Positions 39,439-49,390 of a stretch of 64,000 bases of DNA are shown here, piece after piece. Location of the stretch: NCBI GenBank assembly GCA_016191285.1, contig JACPPA010000036.1, forward strand, positions 17,788 to 81,787, written 5' to 3'. How positions within the stretch are numbered: position 1 is the stretch's first letter; the number at the start of each line of letters is the position of its first letter. Source of the DNA: Gammaproteobacteria bacterium. Its GTDB lineage: Bacteria > Pseudomonadota > Gammaproteobacteria > Ga0077536. The notes under the pieces were generated by a model that saw only the letters and a list, made by a program, of their open reading frames with translations, ran no database searches and was not told the origin of the DNA. The position numbers were made by a program, and so were the translations under genes.

Positions 39439-40905
39439 ATGCAAATCGGACAACTCATCCGTCGCGCCGCCCAATACTTTAGTGATGCCGCGTGTCTGAT
39501 CGAAGGCCCGCGCCAGATCAGCTTCAAGGAATTCGATGCCGCGACCGATCGCCTGGGCAACGCCTTGCTGGCCCACGGCCTGCAGCCCGGCGAGCGCGTC
39601 GGCGTGCTGCTTTCGAACAGTATCGAATGCCTGATCGCCTACTACGCGGTGGCCAAGGCCGGGTTGGTGCGCGTTGGGCTCAACACGCGCGAGACCGTCG
39701 ATAATCATCAATACAAGATCACCGACGCTGGTTGTCGTGCGGTAATCCACGCCGGTGTGGCTGGCATCGACGCCGAAATGTTAATTGGCCCGGATCGATT
39801 ACTGACCATGATCGCGACCGGCCGCGCCGCGCCGTGTGCGATCGATCGCGCACTCGATGCGCCGTATCGCTTGGGCTATACCGGTGGCACCACGGGCAAA
39901 GCGAAAGCTGTTACGTTAACCACGCGCGGCGAGCTGGCGGAACTGGCGGCGTTTTTGCTCGATTTGATTCCAAACATTCGCGCCGGCGACACGTTCCTGC
40001 ACGCGGCGCCGATCGCGCACGCCTCGGGCGCGTTTTTCTTGCCGGCGCTGGCGCGCGGCGCCACCTCGCTCATCATGCCGAAATTCGATCCGGCGGAATT
40101 TATCCGGCTGGCCGAAGCCACCCAGGCGAGCATGACCTTCCTGGTGCCGACGATGCTCGCGATGATTTTGGAAGAGCCTGTGCTGGCGCGCGCGAAGCTC
40201 GCGTTTAATACCATCAGCTACGGCGCCTCACCCATTGCCCCGGCGGTGCTCGAGCGCGCGCAGGCGCGGTTTGGCCCAGTGTTCGCGCAAACCTATGGGC
40301 AGGCCGAAAGTCCGATGGTGATCACCTGTTTGAAACCGCATGAACAATCGCGCATTGGATCGTGCGGCCGGCCGTTTACGTTTGTCGACGTGGCGGTGTT
40401 GGACGATCAAGACCAGCCGTTGCCGCCAGGTGAAATCGGCGAAATTTGTTGCCGCGGTCCCCAGACGATGGCGTATTACTGGAATCGACCCGCGGCCACC
40501 GAACAGGCCTTCCGCAACGGTTGGTTACACACCGGCGATATCGGTCGCATGGATGAGGCAGGGTACTTCTATATTCTCGATCGCAAAAACGACATGTTGA
40601 TCTCCGGCGGTTACAACGTCTATCCGCGCGAAGTCGAAGAGGTGCTTCTCGAAGTCGAAGGCGTGATCGAAGCGGCAGTGATTGGTATCGCGGATGAAAA
40701 ATGGGGCGATCGCGTGCATGCGGTGGTCGCCGGCCGCGCCGATCTCGATCCTGAACTCATTCTGGCGCATGCGCGCTCGCGGCTCGCCAATTACAAACGG
40801 CCTAAGGCCATCGAGATCTGGCCCGAATTGCCGAAAAGCGCGGCGAATAAAATTCTCCGGCGTGAAATTCGCGATCGCATTGTGGCGCGCGGGAAACGTG
40901 AATAG
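39439..40905 (+). CDS. acyl-CoA synthetase/AMP-acid ligase
   Basis: YTGGTTGKAK, TYGQAE, HTGDIG, DRKNDMLISGG, LPKSAANK. Confidence 0.92.
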   Translation: MQIGQLIRRAAQYFSDAACLIEGPRQISFKEFDAATDRLGNALLAHGLQPGERVGVLLSNSIECLIAYYAVAKAGLVRVGLNTRETVDNHQYKITDAGCRAVIHAGVAGIDAEMLIGPDRLLTMIATGRAAPCAIDRALDAPYRLGYTGGTTGKAKAVTLTTRGELAELAAFLLDLIPNIRAGDTFLHAAPIAHASGAFFLPALARGATSLIMPKFDPAEFIRLAEATQASMTFLVPTMLAMILEEPVLARAKLAFNTISYGASPIAPAVLERAQARFGPVFAQTYGQAESPMVITCLKPHEQSRIGSCGRPFTFVDVAVLDDQDQPLPPGEIGEICCRGPQTMAYYWNRPAATEQAFRNGWLHTGDIGRMDEAGYFYILDRKNDMLISGGYNVYPREVEEVLLEVEGVIEAAVIGIADEKWGDRVHAVVAGRADLDPELILAHARSRLANYKRPKAIEIWPELPKSAANKILRREIRDRIVARGKRE

Positions 40906-40952
40906 CTGCTCGAATTTGATACGCAAGGCGCTGTTATCCGCTGGTGCATCTT

Positions 40953-41014
40953 GTGGGAGCCGCTTTAGCGGCGAATCTTTATCGAGGCTCCTTCGCTGCT
41001 AAAGCAGCTCCCAC
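40953..41014. repeat. REP doublet (REPIN)
   Basis: GTGGGAGCCGCTTTAGCGGCGAA ... TTCGCTGCTAAAGCAGCTCCCAC. Confidence 0.85.
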
Positions 41015-41099
41015 AAAATCTAAGTGTCGATTTATCGAATTTGATTGCGACACCAGGACACCAAGATTTAAGAGTAGCGTTGGACGCTGCGGAGACGAA

Positions 41100-41705
41100 A
41101 TGATGAATGAAATGCATCTGGCCCTGCATGGGCTAGCGATCAAAAAACATGCGGGACCGGCCGCCGTCGCGGCCACCGTGGGCTTAAGCGAAACGCGGGT
41201 TGCCGAATTACTGCAGCAGGCCGTGACCACCGGTCGTGCGAGCGAAGCACAAGGGGCGTATCTGCTGTCGCCAGCGGGACGCCTGATTATCGAGAGCCTG
41301 TATTCCAAGCTGTTCGATCGCGAGCGCCAAGACGGCGCGTTGGCCGGGGCTTACGAAAAATTCGAACGCATCAACACCGAACTGAAACAACTGATTACCG
41401 ATTGGCAGACCCTCGACGTCGGGGGCCAAAAAGTTCGCAACGATCATTCCAACAAAGATTATGATGCGCGGGTCTTGGACCGTCTTGGCGCCTTGCACGA
41501 GCGATTCACGCCGGTACTGGCGCAGCTCTGTCGCGGCGTGCCACGCCTCGACCTTTATCGGGAAAAGCTCGATCACGCGCTGGACCGCGCGGAAGCCGGG
41601 CAGGTGCAATGGGTAAGCGATGCGAAAATCGACAGTTTCCACACCGTATGGTTTGAAATGCATGAGGATTTATTGCGCATTTTGGGCCTTCAACGCGAGG
41701 AGTAG
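41100..41705 (+). CDS. winged-helix protein resembling M. tuberculosis Rv1126c
   Basis: N-terminal wHTH-like region (LSPAGR); FERINTELKQLITDWQ..NDH..YDARVLDRL..IDSFHTVWFEMHEDLL matches recalled Rv1126c motifs. Confidence 0.75.
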   Translation: MMNEMHLALHGLAIKKHAGPAAVAATVGLSETRVAELLQQAVTTGRASEAQGAYLLSPAGRLIIESLYSKLFDRERQDGALAGAYEKFERINTELKQLITDWQTLDVGGQKVRNDHSNKDYDARVLDRLGALHERFTPVLAQLCRGVPRLDLYREKLDHALDRAEAGQVQWVSDAKIDSFHTVWFEMHEDLLRILGLQREE

Positions 41706-41737
41706 GGCGGGCGCGTTTTCGTTTTACCCGATGACCC

Positions 41738-43480
41738 ATGGCAATTGAATTAGGCGCGTGGACCCTCGCCCTTAACGGCGCGAGCCTGCCCGAAAAATCC
41801 TTAATCGGCGGCAAGGCGTGGTCGATCGCGCGCCTTCGGGCATTCGATCTTCCGGTGCCGCCGGCCTTTGTTATCACCGTCAAAGCGTGTAATGCCTACC
41901 TACGCGATGGTGTAATCCCCGCGACGCTCGACGCCGAAATTCGCGCAGGCATGGCGTGGATCGAAGCACAGGCGGCGCGCCAATTTGGCGGCAGTGCCAA
42001 ACCCCTGCTGGTCTCGGTGCGCTCGGGCGCGATGATCTCGATGCCCGGCATGATGGATACCGTGCTCAATCTTGGCATTAATAACGCGACCGCGGCCGCC
42101 TTGGCCGCGGAAGCCGCCGATCCCGAATTCGCGCGCGACACGCACCGGCGTTTTCTCGATCTGTACGCGCGAATCGTATTGCGCGCGACGCTGCCGGAAT
42201 TAGCTTCCACGGCAGCGATTGACGATTGGCAGCGCGCGATTTTCGAAGCCACGGATCAGCGCGTGCCTGAAGATCCGTATGCGCAGTTGTGGGGCGCCAT
42301 CCACGCCGTGTTCGAATCGTGGAATTCGCGCCGCGCGCGGCGTTACCGCGAGCATCACGGTATCGCGCATGATTTGGGCACTGCGGTGACGGTCCAGGCC
42401 ATGGTGTTCGGTAATCTCGACGATCGATCAGGCACCGGCGTGCTGTTCAGCCGGAATCCACTGACCGGCGATCCCGCGCCCTACGGCGAATACCTGGCGC
42501 GTGCGCAGGGCGAAGACGTGGTGTCCGGCCGCTTTACGCCGCAACCGTTGGCCGCGTTGGCCTCGGCGATGCCCGACCTCCATGCCCAACTGTTGGCCGC
42601 CGCCGTGACCTTGGAACGCGAGAACGGCGACGTGCAGGATATTGAATTCACGATCCAACATGCCGAGCTCTATCTATTGCAAACGCGCGCAGCCAAACGC
42701 GCACCCGCGGCGGCCGTGCGCTTTGCCTGCGACATGGTGCACGAAGGCCGTATCGATCGGGCCACTGCGTTGTCGCGGCTCAGCGCCGAACAAGTGCGCG
42801 TGCTCTTAAGCCCGCGTCTGGCGTCTGGCGTGACGGCGCGTGCGGTCGCGCAGGGCGAAGCGGCCTGCCAAGGCGTCGGTGTTGGCGTGGTGGTGATGAG
42901 CAGCGATGAGGCCGAGCGTCGCGCGCAGGCCGGTGAAGCAGTGGTGTTGGCGCGTGAGACAACGAGTCCGGATGATGTGCACGGCATGCTCGTGGCGCGC
43001 GCGGTGATTACCGAGCAGGGTGGCGCGACCTCGCACGCGGCGGTCGTGAGCCGTGCGCTCGGCGTGCCGTGCGTGGTGGGTTGCGGGGTCGGTAGTTTGG
43101 CGGCGCTTACGGGGACAATGGTCACCGTCGATGGCGCGAGCGGCCAGATTTACGCTGGTAATCTGCCGGTGCTGGCGCCCAACGAGCGCGATGATCCCGC
43201 GCTCTGCGAACTCTTGCGATGGGCCGAGCGCGTGTGTCCGATCACGGTCCTCGACGAGACCGCGCCGGTGGCCGAAGTCTACGATCTCGATGTCGTTAAA
43301 GGCGGTGAAGACGCGACGCAGTTGGCGACCTTGCTCGCTGGCCGCAAAATTGCCAAGGGCGGCGCGATTACCAGCGATGAGGGTGTGAGAGCGGCGCTGC
43401 AAGCTGGCGTGACCACTATCGTCGCACGGCATCGCTTGCCGGTGATGCTGGCCGCCATCGCGGCGACGCGTGGCGACTGA
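41738..43480 (+). CDS. PPDK-like dikinase: ATP-grasp plus phospho-His domains, no pyruvate-binding barrel
   Basis: IGGKA, LLVSVRSGA..SMPGMMDTVLNLG, VQAMVFGN, AQGEDVVSG, QDIEFT, LLQTR, GGATSHAAVVSR; ends ~100 aa after the His domain. Confidence 0.9.
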   Translation: MAIELGAWTLALNGASLPEKSLIGGKAWSIARLRAFDLPVPPAFVITVKACNAYLRDGVIPATLDAEIRAGMAWIEAQAARQFGGSAKPLLVSVRSGAMISMPGMMDTVLNLGINNATAAALAAEAADPEFARDTHRRFLDLYARIVLRATLPELASTAAIDDWQRAIFEATDQRVPEDPYAQLWGAIHAVFESWNSRRARRYREHHGIAHDLGTAVTVQAMVFGNLDDRSGTGVLFSRNPLTGDPAPYGEYLARAQGEDVVSGRFTPQPLAALASAMPDLHAQLLAAAVTLERENGDVQDIEFTIQHAELYLLQTRAAKRAPAAAVRFACDMVHEGRIDRATALSRLSAEQVRVLLSPRLASGVTARAVAQGEAACQGVGVGVVVMSSDEAERRAQAGEAVVLARETTSPDDVHGMLVARAVITEQGGATSHAAVVSRALGVPCVVGCGVGSLAALTGTMVTVDGASGQIYAGNLPVLAPNERDDPALCELLRWAERVCPITVLDETAPVAEVYDLDVVKGGEDATQLATLLAGRKIAKGGAITSDEGVRAALQAGVTTIVARHRLPVMLAAIAATRGD

Positions 43481-43540
43481 CGTCGACGCGGCAATTTCAG
43501 GCTAACCTTCAATCAAACAATTTGTGCTACGGAAACCAGT

Positions 43541-44050
43541 ATGGCGAATGCAGACATCCCCAAAGTAAGCGCCGAGGACATCGAGAGCCTCATCGAACTC
43601 TTTAAGCAGTCGGGCTGGGATGAAATGCATCTTAAGACTGCAGATCTTGAACTGTTCCTCTCCAATGATCCGAATGCAACGGGTCCGCGTCAGACACCGG
43701 CAATCGCTGTGGCGGGACCCGCGGTCGCTGGTTCAGCCGCCATGCCGACCACCGCCGCGGCGCCGGCGAGTGCGGCGACGATTGGCCATGCAGCGGCCAT
43801 TCCGGACGGCACGGTTGCGATCCGCGCGCCCAACCTCGGCACTTTTTATCGCGCACCCAAGCCCGGCGCGCCTCCCTATGTCGAATTGGGTCAGCAGATC
43901 GAAATCACCACTGAGGTGGGTCTGATCGAAGTCATGAAACTGTTCACGCCGGTGCAGGGAAGCGTGCGCGGCGTGGTCCGGGAGATCCGTGCCAAGGATG
44001 GGCAAATGGTTGAGTTCGATGAGCCGTTGATCATCGTCGAACCGAACTAG
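43541..44050 (+). CDS. biotin carboxyl carrier protein
   Basis: Ala/Pro linker, GTFYRAP, EVMKL biotinylation motif. Confidence 0.93.
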   Translation: MANADIPKVSAEDIESLIELFKQSGWDEMHLKTADLELFLSNDPNATGPRQTPAIAVAGPAVAGSAAMPTTAAAPASAATIGHAAAIPDGTVAIRAPNLGTFYRAPKPGAPPYVELGQQIEITTEVGLIEVMKLFTPVQGSVRGVVREIRAKDGQMVEFDEPLIIVEPN

Positions 44051-44055
44051 CGTTA

Positions 44056-45423
44056 ATGCCAATCTCGCGCGTCTTAAGCGTTAACCGCGGCGAAATTGCC
44101 GCGCGCGTGGTGCGTGCCGCGCAGGCGCTCGGGATCGAAGCCGTGCAAGCGGTGTCCGCCGCCGATCGCGACAGTACCGCGGCACGGCTCGCCGATCGCA
44201 CCGTGGTGATCGGGCCCGCGGCTTCGCGCCTCAGTTATCTCGATGCGCCGTTGCTGGTGCATGCCGCCAAAGCCACTGGCTGCGATGCGCTTCATCCCGG
44301 CTATGGCTTTCTGTCCGAACGTGAACATTTGGCGCGCCTCTGCGGCGAACACGGCATTACGTTTGTTGGCCCGGCGCCCGAGACCATCGCGGCGTTGGGC
44401 GACAAGCTACAAGCGAAGGCGATTGCGCAAGCCGCGGGTGTTCCGTTGGTGCCAGGGACGGCAAAAATCGCGGATGCCGCGGCCGCGAAGGCGGCGGCGG
44501 AAGCACTTGGATTTCCGGTGTTGTTGAAGGCTTCGGCTGGCGGCGGAGGCCGCGGCATGTTCATTGCCCGGCGTGCCGAAGAGATCGAAGCTTCGTTCGA
44601 TAAATCCTCGAATGAAGCGCTGGAAGCCTTTGGCGACGGCACCATGTACATGGAGCGCTTCGTCGAAAACGCGCGCCATGTCGAAGTCCAGGTGTTCGGC
44701 GACGGCAGCGGCAAAGTGCTGCATTTTGGCGAGCGCGATTGTTCGATCCAGCGGCGCTACCAAAAAGTGTTTGAAGAAGCGCCATGCGCGGCGATGCCGG
44801 CCAAGCTGCGGAAACTTCTGCACGACTCAGCGGTCGCCTTGGTGGCGTCGCTCAAGTATCGCAATGCCGGCACCGTGGAATTTCTATATGACGTCGATCG
44901 CGCGGCGATTTATTTCATCGAAGTTAACGCGCGCATCCAGGTCGAACATCCGGTGTCCGAGCAGGTCACCGGCTATGATCTGGTGCAACTGCAGTTTCGG
45001 ATCGCCGGTGGCGAGCCCCTGCGCTGGTCGCAAGCGCAGGTGCCGGTACAGGGACACGCGATCGAGTGCCGCATCAATGCCGAAGATCCGACGCGGAATT
45101 TTCAACCGAGCCCGGGACGGATCACGCGCTGGGCACCGCCACACGGCGCCGGGATTCGTCTCGACAGCCATTGTTATGACGGCTATCTGGTGCCGCCGTT
45201 CTACGATTCGATGATCGGCAAGCTGATTGTCACGGCGGCGACACGCGCCGATTGCGTCACCCGTTTGCAAGCGGCGCTCGCCGCTTTCACAATCGAGGGC
45301 CTGATCACCAATCTACCGCTGCTTAAATTTATCGCGGCGCATCCGGATTTTGCCGCCAATCGATTAAACACTCGCTGGCTCGAGCAGACCTTGCTGCCGG
45401 GTTTTGAAGCTTCGCAGGAGTAA
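44056..45423 (+). CDS. biotin carboxylase
   Basis: NRGEIA, HPGYGFLSE, GGGGRGM, ERDCSIQRR, RIQVEHPV, CRINAED. Confidence 0.95.
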   Translation: MPISRVLSVNRGEIAARVVRAAQALGIEAVQAVSAADRDSTAARLADRTVVIGPAASRLSYLDAPLLVHAAKATGCDALHPGYGFLSEREHLARLCGEHGITFVGPAPETIAALGDKLQAKAIAQAAGVPLVPGTAKIADAAAAKAAAEALGFPVLLKASAGGGGRGMFIARRAEEIEASFDKSSNEALEAFGDGTMYMERFVENARHVEVQVFGDGSGKVLHFGERDCSIQRRYQKVFEEAPCAAMPAKLRKLLHDSAVALVASLKYRNAGTVEFLYDVDRAAIYFIEVNARIQVEHPVSEQVTGYDLVQLQFRIAGGEPLRWSQAQVPVQGHAIECRINAEDPTRNFQPSPGRITRWAPPHGAGIRLDSHCYDGYLVPPFYDSMIGKLIVTAATRADCVTRLQAALAAFTIEGLITNLPLLKFIAAHPDFAANRLNTRWLEQTLLPGFEASQE

Positions 45424-45430
45424 GGTTCCG

Positions 45431-46891
45431 ATGGCCCATATTGAATTTCTCGACGAGACCATGCGCGACGGCCAGCAAAGCCTGTGGGGCATGCGCATGC
45501 AAGCCGGCATGGCGTTACCCGTGGCGTCGTTGATCGATCGCACCGGCTTTCGGGTGATCGACCTCACGGGTTCGTCGATGTTCGAAGTGCTAATCAAGTA
45601 CTGTCAAGAGAATCCGTGGCAAGGCCTTGACCTCTTAACCCAGGCCATGCCGCGGACCAAAATTCGTGGTGGCATGCGCTCCAATGCGTCGGTGACCTTT
45701 AGCGTCACGCCGGATGCGTTGATGGATGCGTGGATGCGGCAACTGAATGTGCACGGTTGCCGCAGTTTTTGGATCTACGACGTGCTGTTCAATATCGACA
45801 AGATGCATCGCCTGGCCAAAGTCGCGAAGGAGTTTGGTTCGGAAGTCGCCGGCGCGATCATGTTCACCTTGAGCCCGGTGCATTCCGATGCCTACTATGC
45901 CGACAAAGCGGACAAGCTTTCGGCGTGCAAGGATATCGATACCTTGCTGCTGTACGACACCGCTGGCGTGCTCGAAAAAGAACGCATGCAGACCTTGATC
46001 CCGGCGCTCATCGCCAACGCGCGCGGCAAGCCCATTGAATTCCATTCCAACAATCTACTGGGCCAGTCCGCCAAAGCGTATCTAGATGCGGTGGAACTTG
46101 GTGTACGCATTTTGCACACGGCGAGTCGGCCGATGGCGAACGGCCCGTCGGTGCCGTCGACCGAAATCATGGTGCGTAATATTGAATTGCTCGGGCACAC
46201 GCATTCGCTCGACACCTCGTTGCTGCCGCCAGTCGCCGCGCATTTCGAGAAAGTGGGTAAGGCCGCCGGATTTTTAGTCCACCAATACGCCGAATACGAC
46301 ATGTTATCGATCCAACATCAAATTCCGGGCGGCATGGTCGGCACGATGAAGGCGCAGCTGGTGCAGCACGGCATGGCGGAGCGATTGGAAGCGGTGTTGG
46401 CGGAGACCGCGGTGGTCCGGCGCGAACTTGGGTTTCCCGGCATGGCGACGCCGTTCAGCCAATTGGTCGGCACGTTGGCCGTGCTGAACATCGTCACCGG
46501 CAAACGTTATTCGGTGATCCCCGACGAAGTCATTCAGTACGCGTGCAAGCATTATGGCGAAACCGTCGCGCCCATCGATCCCACTGTGCTCGACAAGATC
46601 ATGGCCGCGCCACGCGCCAAGGAGATCGCCACGCATCCACCGGAGCAACCGAGCTTAGCCGAGCTGCACCGACGCTACGGCACCGATAACGACGACGAAT
46701 TGATCCTGCGCGCGCTGGTGCCCGAGGCTGATTTAAATAAGATGTGGGCGGCGGGGCCGGTTAAAACCACCTATCCGTATCTATCGTCACCCGAACTCGA
46801 TCAAGTGCGACGTTTGATGCAAGTGGCAACCGCGCCCGTGGTGCAGATCAAAGCGGATCGATTAAATCTGTCGTTACGGAAATTTAAGTAG
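45431..46891 (+). CDS. pyruvate carboxylase B/oxaloacetate decarboxylase alpha-like carboxyltransferase, no biotinyl domain
   Basis: DETMRDGQQSL, HQIPGGM, VRRELGFPGMATPFSQLVG. Confidence 0.88.
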   Translation: MAHIEFLDETMRDGQQSLWGMRMQAGMALPVASLIDRTGFRVIDLTGSSMFEVLIKYCQENPWQGLDLLTQAMPRTKIRGGMRSNASVTFSVTPDALMDAWMRQLNVHGCRSFWIYDVLFNIDKMHRLAKVAKEFGSEVAGAIMFTLSPVHSDAYYADKADKLSACKDIDTLLLYDTAGVLEKERMQTLIPALIANARGKPIEFHSNNLLGQSAKAYLDAVELGVRILHTASRPMANGPSVPSTEIMVRNIELLGHTHSLDTSLLPPVAAHFEKVGKAAGFLVHQYAEYDMLSIQHQIPGGMVGTMKAQLVQHGMAERLEAVLAETAVVRRELGFPGMATPFSQLVGTLAVLNIVTGKRYSVIPDEVIQYACKHYGETVAPIDPTVLDKIMAAPRAKEIATHPPEQPSLAELHRRYGTDNDDELILRALVPEADLNKMWAAGPVKTTYPYLSSPELDQVRRLMQVATAPVVQIKADRLNLSLRKFK

Positions 46892-46958
46892 CGGTCTACC
46901 AACGATGAACGCAATGTTGTCAGGACAGCGATGGTTTAATTGTGGGACGTTACTTCTT

Positions 46959-47116
46959 GTGGGAGCCGCTTCAGCGGCGAATCGTCCCTCCGCAGAACTC
47001 ACCGTCATTGGAAGTAGTGAAACGACCAAGCTTTTCCAGAAAGTGGCACAAGATGGATGGCTTCGCTTTGGCTCACAACGATGGCGCAAAAGATTCGCGG
47101 ATAAATCCGCTCCCAC
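46959..47116. repeat. REP pair with long spacer
   Basis: GTGGGAGCCGCTTCAGCGGCGAA ... TTCGCGGATAAATCCGCTCCCAC. Confidence 0.75.
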
Positions 47117-47158
47117 AAGTAGCGTCATATCATTTGCGACAATGTGAAAGAGAAAATC

Positions 47159-48346
47159 ATGCGTCGTGCAGTAATTATTGATGTTGTCCGCTCGCCCTTC
47201 GGCCGCGGCCGCGAAGACGGCGCGCTCGCCGGCCTTCACCCGGTCGATCTCTATGCACAGGTCTTACAAGGCCTAGTCAAGCGTACCCGCATCGATCCAG
47301 CGCTTATCGAGGATGTGATCACCGGCTGCGTGATTCAAGTCGCCGAGCAGGCAGGGAATATTGGGCGCCAAGCCGTACTCGCCGCGGGCTTTCCGGAATC
47401 CGTGCCGGCGGTCACGCTGGATCGCAAGTGTGGCTCGGCGCAGCAGGCGATGGATTTCGCGGCGCAAGGCGTGATCGCCGGCGCCTACGATGTGGTGATC
47501 GCCGGCGGCGTGGAAATGATGGGCACGGTGCCGATGCGGATCAATCGCATGGGCAAGGATAGCGAAGGGCCGGGATTTCGTGCGCGCTATCCGGCCGGGA
47601 CGGTGCACCAGGGGGTCTCCGCCGAACGCGTCGCAGGACGTTATGGGCTTACGCGCGTTGAACAAGACGCGTATTCCGTGCGCTCGCATTCGCGCGCCGC
47701 TGCCGACCAGGCGCAATCCGCGCGCGATATCATTTCGATCGCGGTGCCGACGGCTGATGGCGCCACCCGCCAAGTGGCGCAGGACGAAGGAATCCGGCCG
47801 AACACCACCGCGGAAAAACTCGCGACGTTGAAATGTGCGTTTGAAGACGCCGCGTTCGCGACGCGCTTCCCGGAAATTCAGTGGAGCGTAACGGCCGGCA
47901 ATGCGAGCCAAATCTCGGATGGCGCGAGCGCCATATTGATCGTGGAAGAAAAAGTTGCCGCGCGCTTAGGACTGAAACCACGCGCGGCCGTGACGGGTTT
48001 TGCGGTGGTGGGCGATGATCCGCTGATGATGCTGACCGCGATTATTCCAGCGACCCGGAAGCTTTTGCAGCGCGCCGGCATTGCACTCGATAAAGTTTCG
48101 GCGTACGAAGTTAACGAAGCGTTTGCGTCGGTGCCACTCGCCTGGCAGAAAGCGTTGGACGCCGATCCCGAGCGATTGAATGTGTTCGGTGGCGCGATCG
48201 CCATCGGTCATCCGGTCGGCGCGTCGGGCGGTCGACTGACGGCGAATTTGCTCCGCGCCTTGGAAGTCACTCGTGGTCAATACGGGATTCAAACGATGTG
48301 CGAGGCGGGCGGTATGGCCAACGCCACGCTTATCGAGCGACTGTAA
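47159..48346 (+). CDS. thiolase (acetyl-CoA C-acyltransferase)
   Basis: DRKCGSA catalytic Cys, NEAFA, GHPVGASG, MCEAGG. Confidence 0.95.
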   Translation: MRRAVIIDVVRSPFGRGREDGALAGLHPVDLYAQVLQGLVKRTRIDPALIEDVITGCVIQVAEQAGNIGRQAVLAAGFPESVPAVTLDRKCGSAQQAMDFAAQGVIAGAYDVVIAGGVEMMGTVPMRINRMGKDSEGPGFRARYPAGTVHQGVSAERVAGRYGLTRVEQDAYSVRSHSRAAADQAQSARDIISIAVPTADGATRQVAQDEGIRPNTTAEKLATLKCAFEDAAFATRFPEIQWSVTAGNASQISDGASAILIVEEKVAARLGLKPRAAVTGFAVVGDDPLMMLTAIIPATRKLLQRAGIALDKVSAYEVNEAFASVPLAWQKALDADPERLNVFGGAIAIGHPVGASGGRLTANLLRALEVTRGQYGIQTMCEAGGMANATLIERL

Positions 48347-48366
48347 GGTTATTCGACGTTCCGCCT

Positions 48367-48450
48367 CCCCTCACCCCGGCCCTCTCCCGCAAGGGGAGAG
48401 GGAGTAATGCGAAAGCGCGATCTTTCCCCTCTCCCCTTGCGGGAGAGGGG
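48367..48450. repeat. BoxC-like purine/pyrimidine palindromic repeat
   Basis: CCCTCACCCCGGCCCTCTCCCGCAAGGGGAGAGGG ... CCCCTCTCCCCTTGCGGGAGAGGGG. Confidence 0.7.
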
Positions 48451-48508
48451 AATGGAAAGCGTCAATAGCGAAAACGTTTGATTGAATTAGAACAGCGAGG
48501 TAGGTGAA

Positions 48509-49291
48509 ATGGGTCGCGTACAAGACAAGGTTACGATTATCACCGGTGCCGGCACCGGCATCGGTCGCGCCTGCTTTGAACTCTTCGCGCGTGAAGGCGC
48601 GACCGTCATTGGCGTGTCGCGCACGCAATCGAATCTCGATGCGGCCTTGGCCGCGGTCCGCGCCGCCGGCGGTAGCGGCATGGTGCTCGCCAAAGATTTA
48701 TCAAAACCCGCAAGCGCGGATGAGATCGTTGCCGCCACGCTACACACCTACGGCCGTATCGATGTGCTGGTGCATTCTGCAAGTGTGGGCTGGAGCTGGG
48801 GCGATAAGAGTCCGGGCTCGATGCTGCCGTTGGCGGAAACCACCCCCGAAAAATGGAGGGAAGTGATCGGCTTCAACCTCGACGCCGCGGCCTTTATCAA
48901 CCGCGTTTGCTTGATCCAAATGTTGAAGCAAGGGCACGGCTCGATCGTCAACGTCGCGAGCATTTCCGGGTTGGTCGGCATGCCAACCGCACATACTTAC
49001 TGTGCTGCCAAAGGTGGCGTAATCAATCTCACGCGTTCGATCTCGACCGCCTATGCCAAAGATGGCATCCGCGCCAACGCGGTGTGTCCCGGTTACACCG
49101 ACACGCCGATGATAGCGCCGGTGATGGGTCTCTTCGACGACAACGCCGTCGCGACCCAGTTGACGCCGATGGCGCGCGCTGGCACGCCGCTAGAAATGGC
49201 CTACGGCTGTTTGTATCTCGGCTCGGACGAAGCGTCGTATTGCAATGGAACGATACTGATCATCGATGGCGGGACCACCGCGCGGCAGTAA
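48509..49291 (+). CDS. short-chain dehydrogenase/reductase
   Basis: TGAGTGIG, NVASIS, YCAAK, CPGYTDT, IDGG. Confidence 0.94.
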   Translation: MGRVQDKVTIITGAGTGIGRACFELFAREGATVIGVSRTQSNLDAALAAVRAAGGSGMVLAKDLSKPASADEIVAATLHTYGRIDVLVHSASVGWSWGDKSPGSMLPLAETTPEKWREVIGFNLDAAAFINRVCLIQMLKQGHGSIVNVASISGLVGMPTAHTYCAAKGGVINLTRSISTAYAKDGIRANAVCPGYTDTPMIAPVMGLFDDNAVATQLTPMARAGTPLEMAYGCLYLGSDEASYCNGTILIIDGGTTARQ

Positions 49292-49390
49292 ACCCTTCCT
49301 GCTCGTTTTCGATTTGACCGATTCATTGCCGCAAACCACAGGAAACGTTGGCTCGATGCCATCAGCTCAATCTTATAAGCAGAGACTCTC

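Noticed and set aside
40944-41099. N-terminal extension of the wHTH ORF
   Set aside because: It reads through a REPIN; the better start is ATG 41100/41103 after GGAG.
41738-43480. PPDK pseudogene
   Set aside because: The ORF is intact with all N-terminal and His motifs, the next gene follows within 60 bp, and no barrel remnant is visible.
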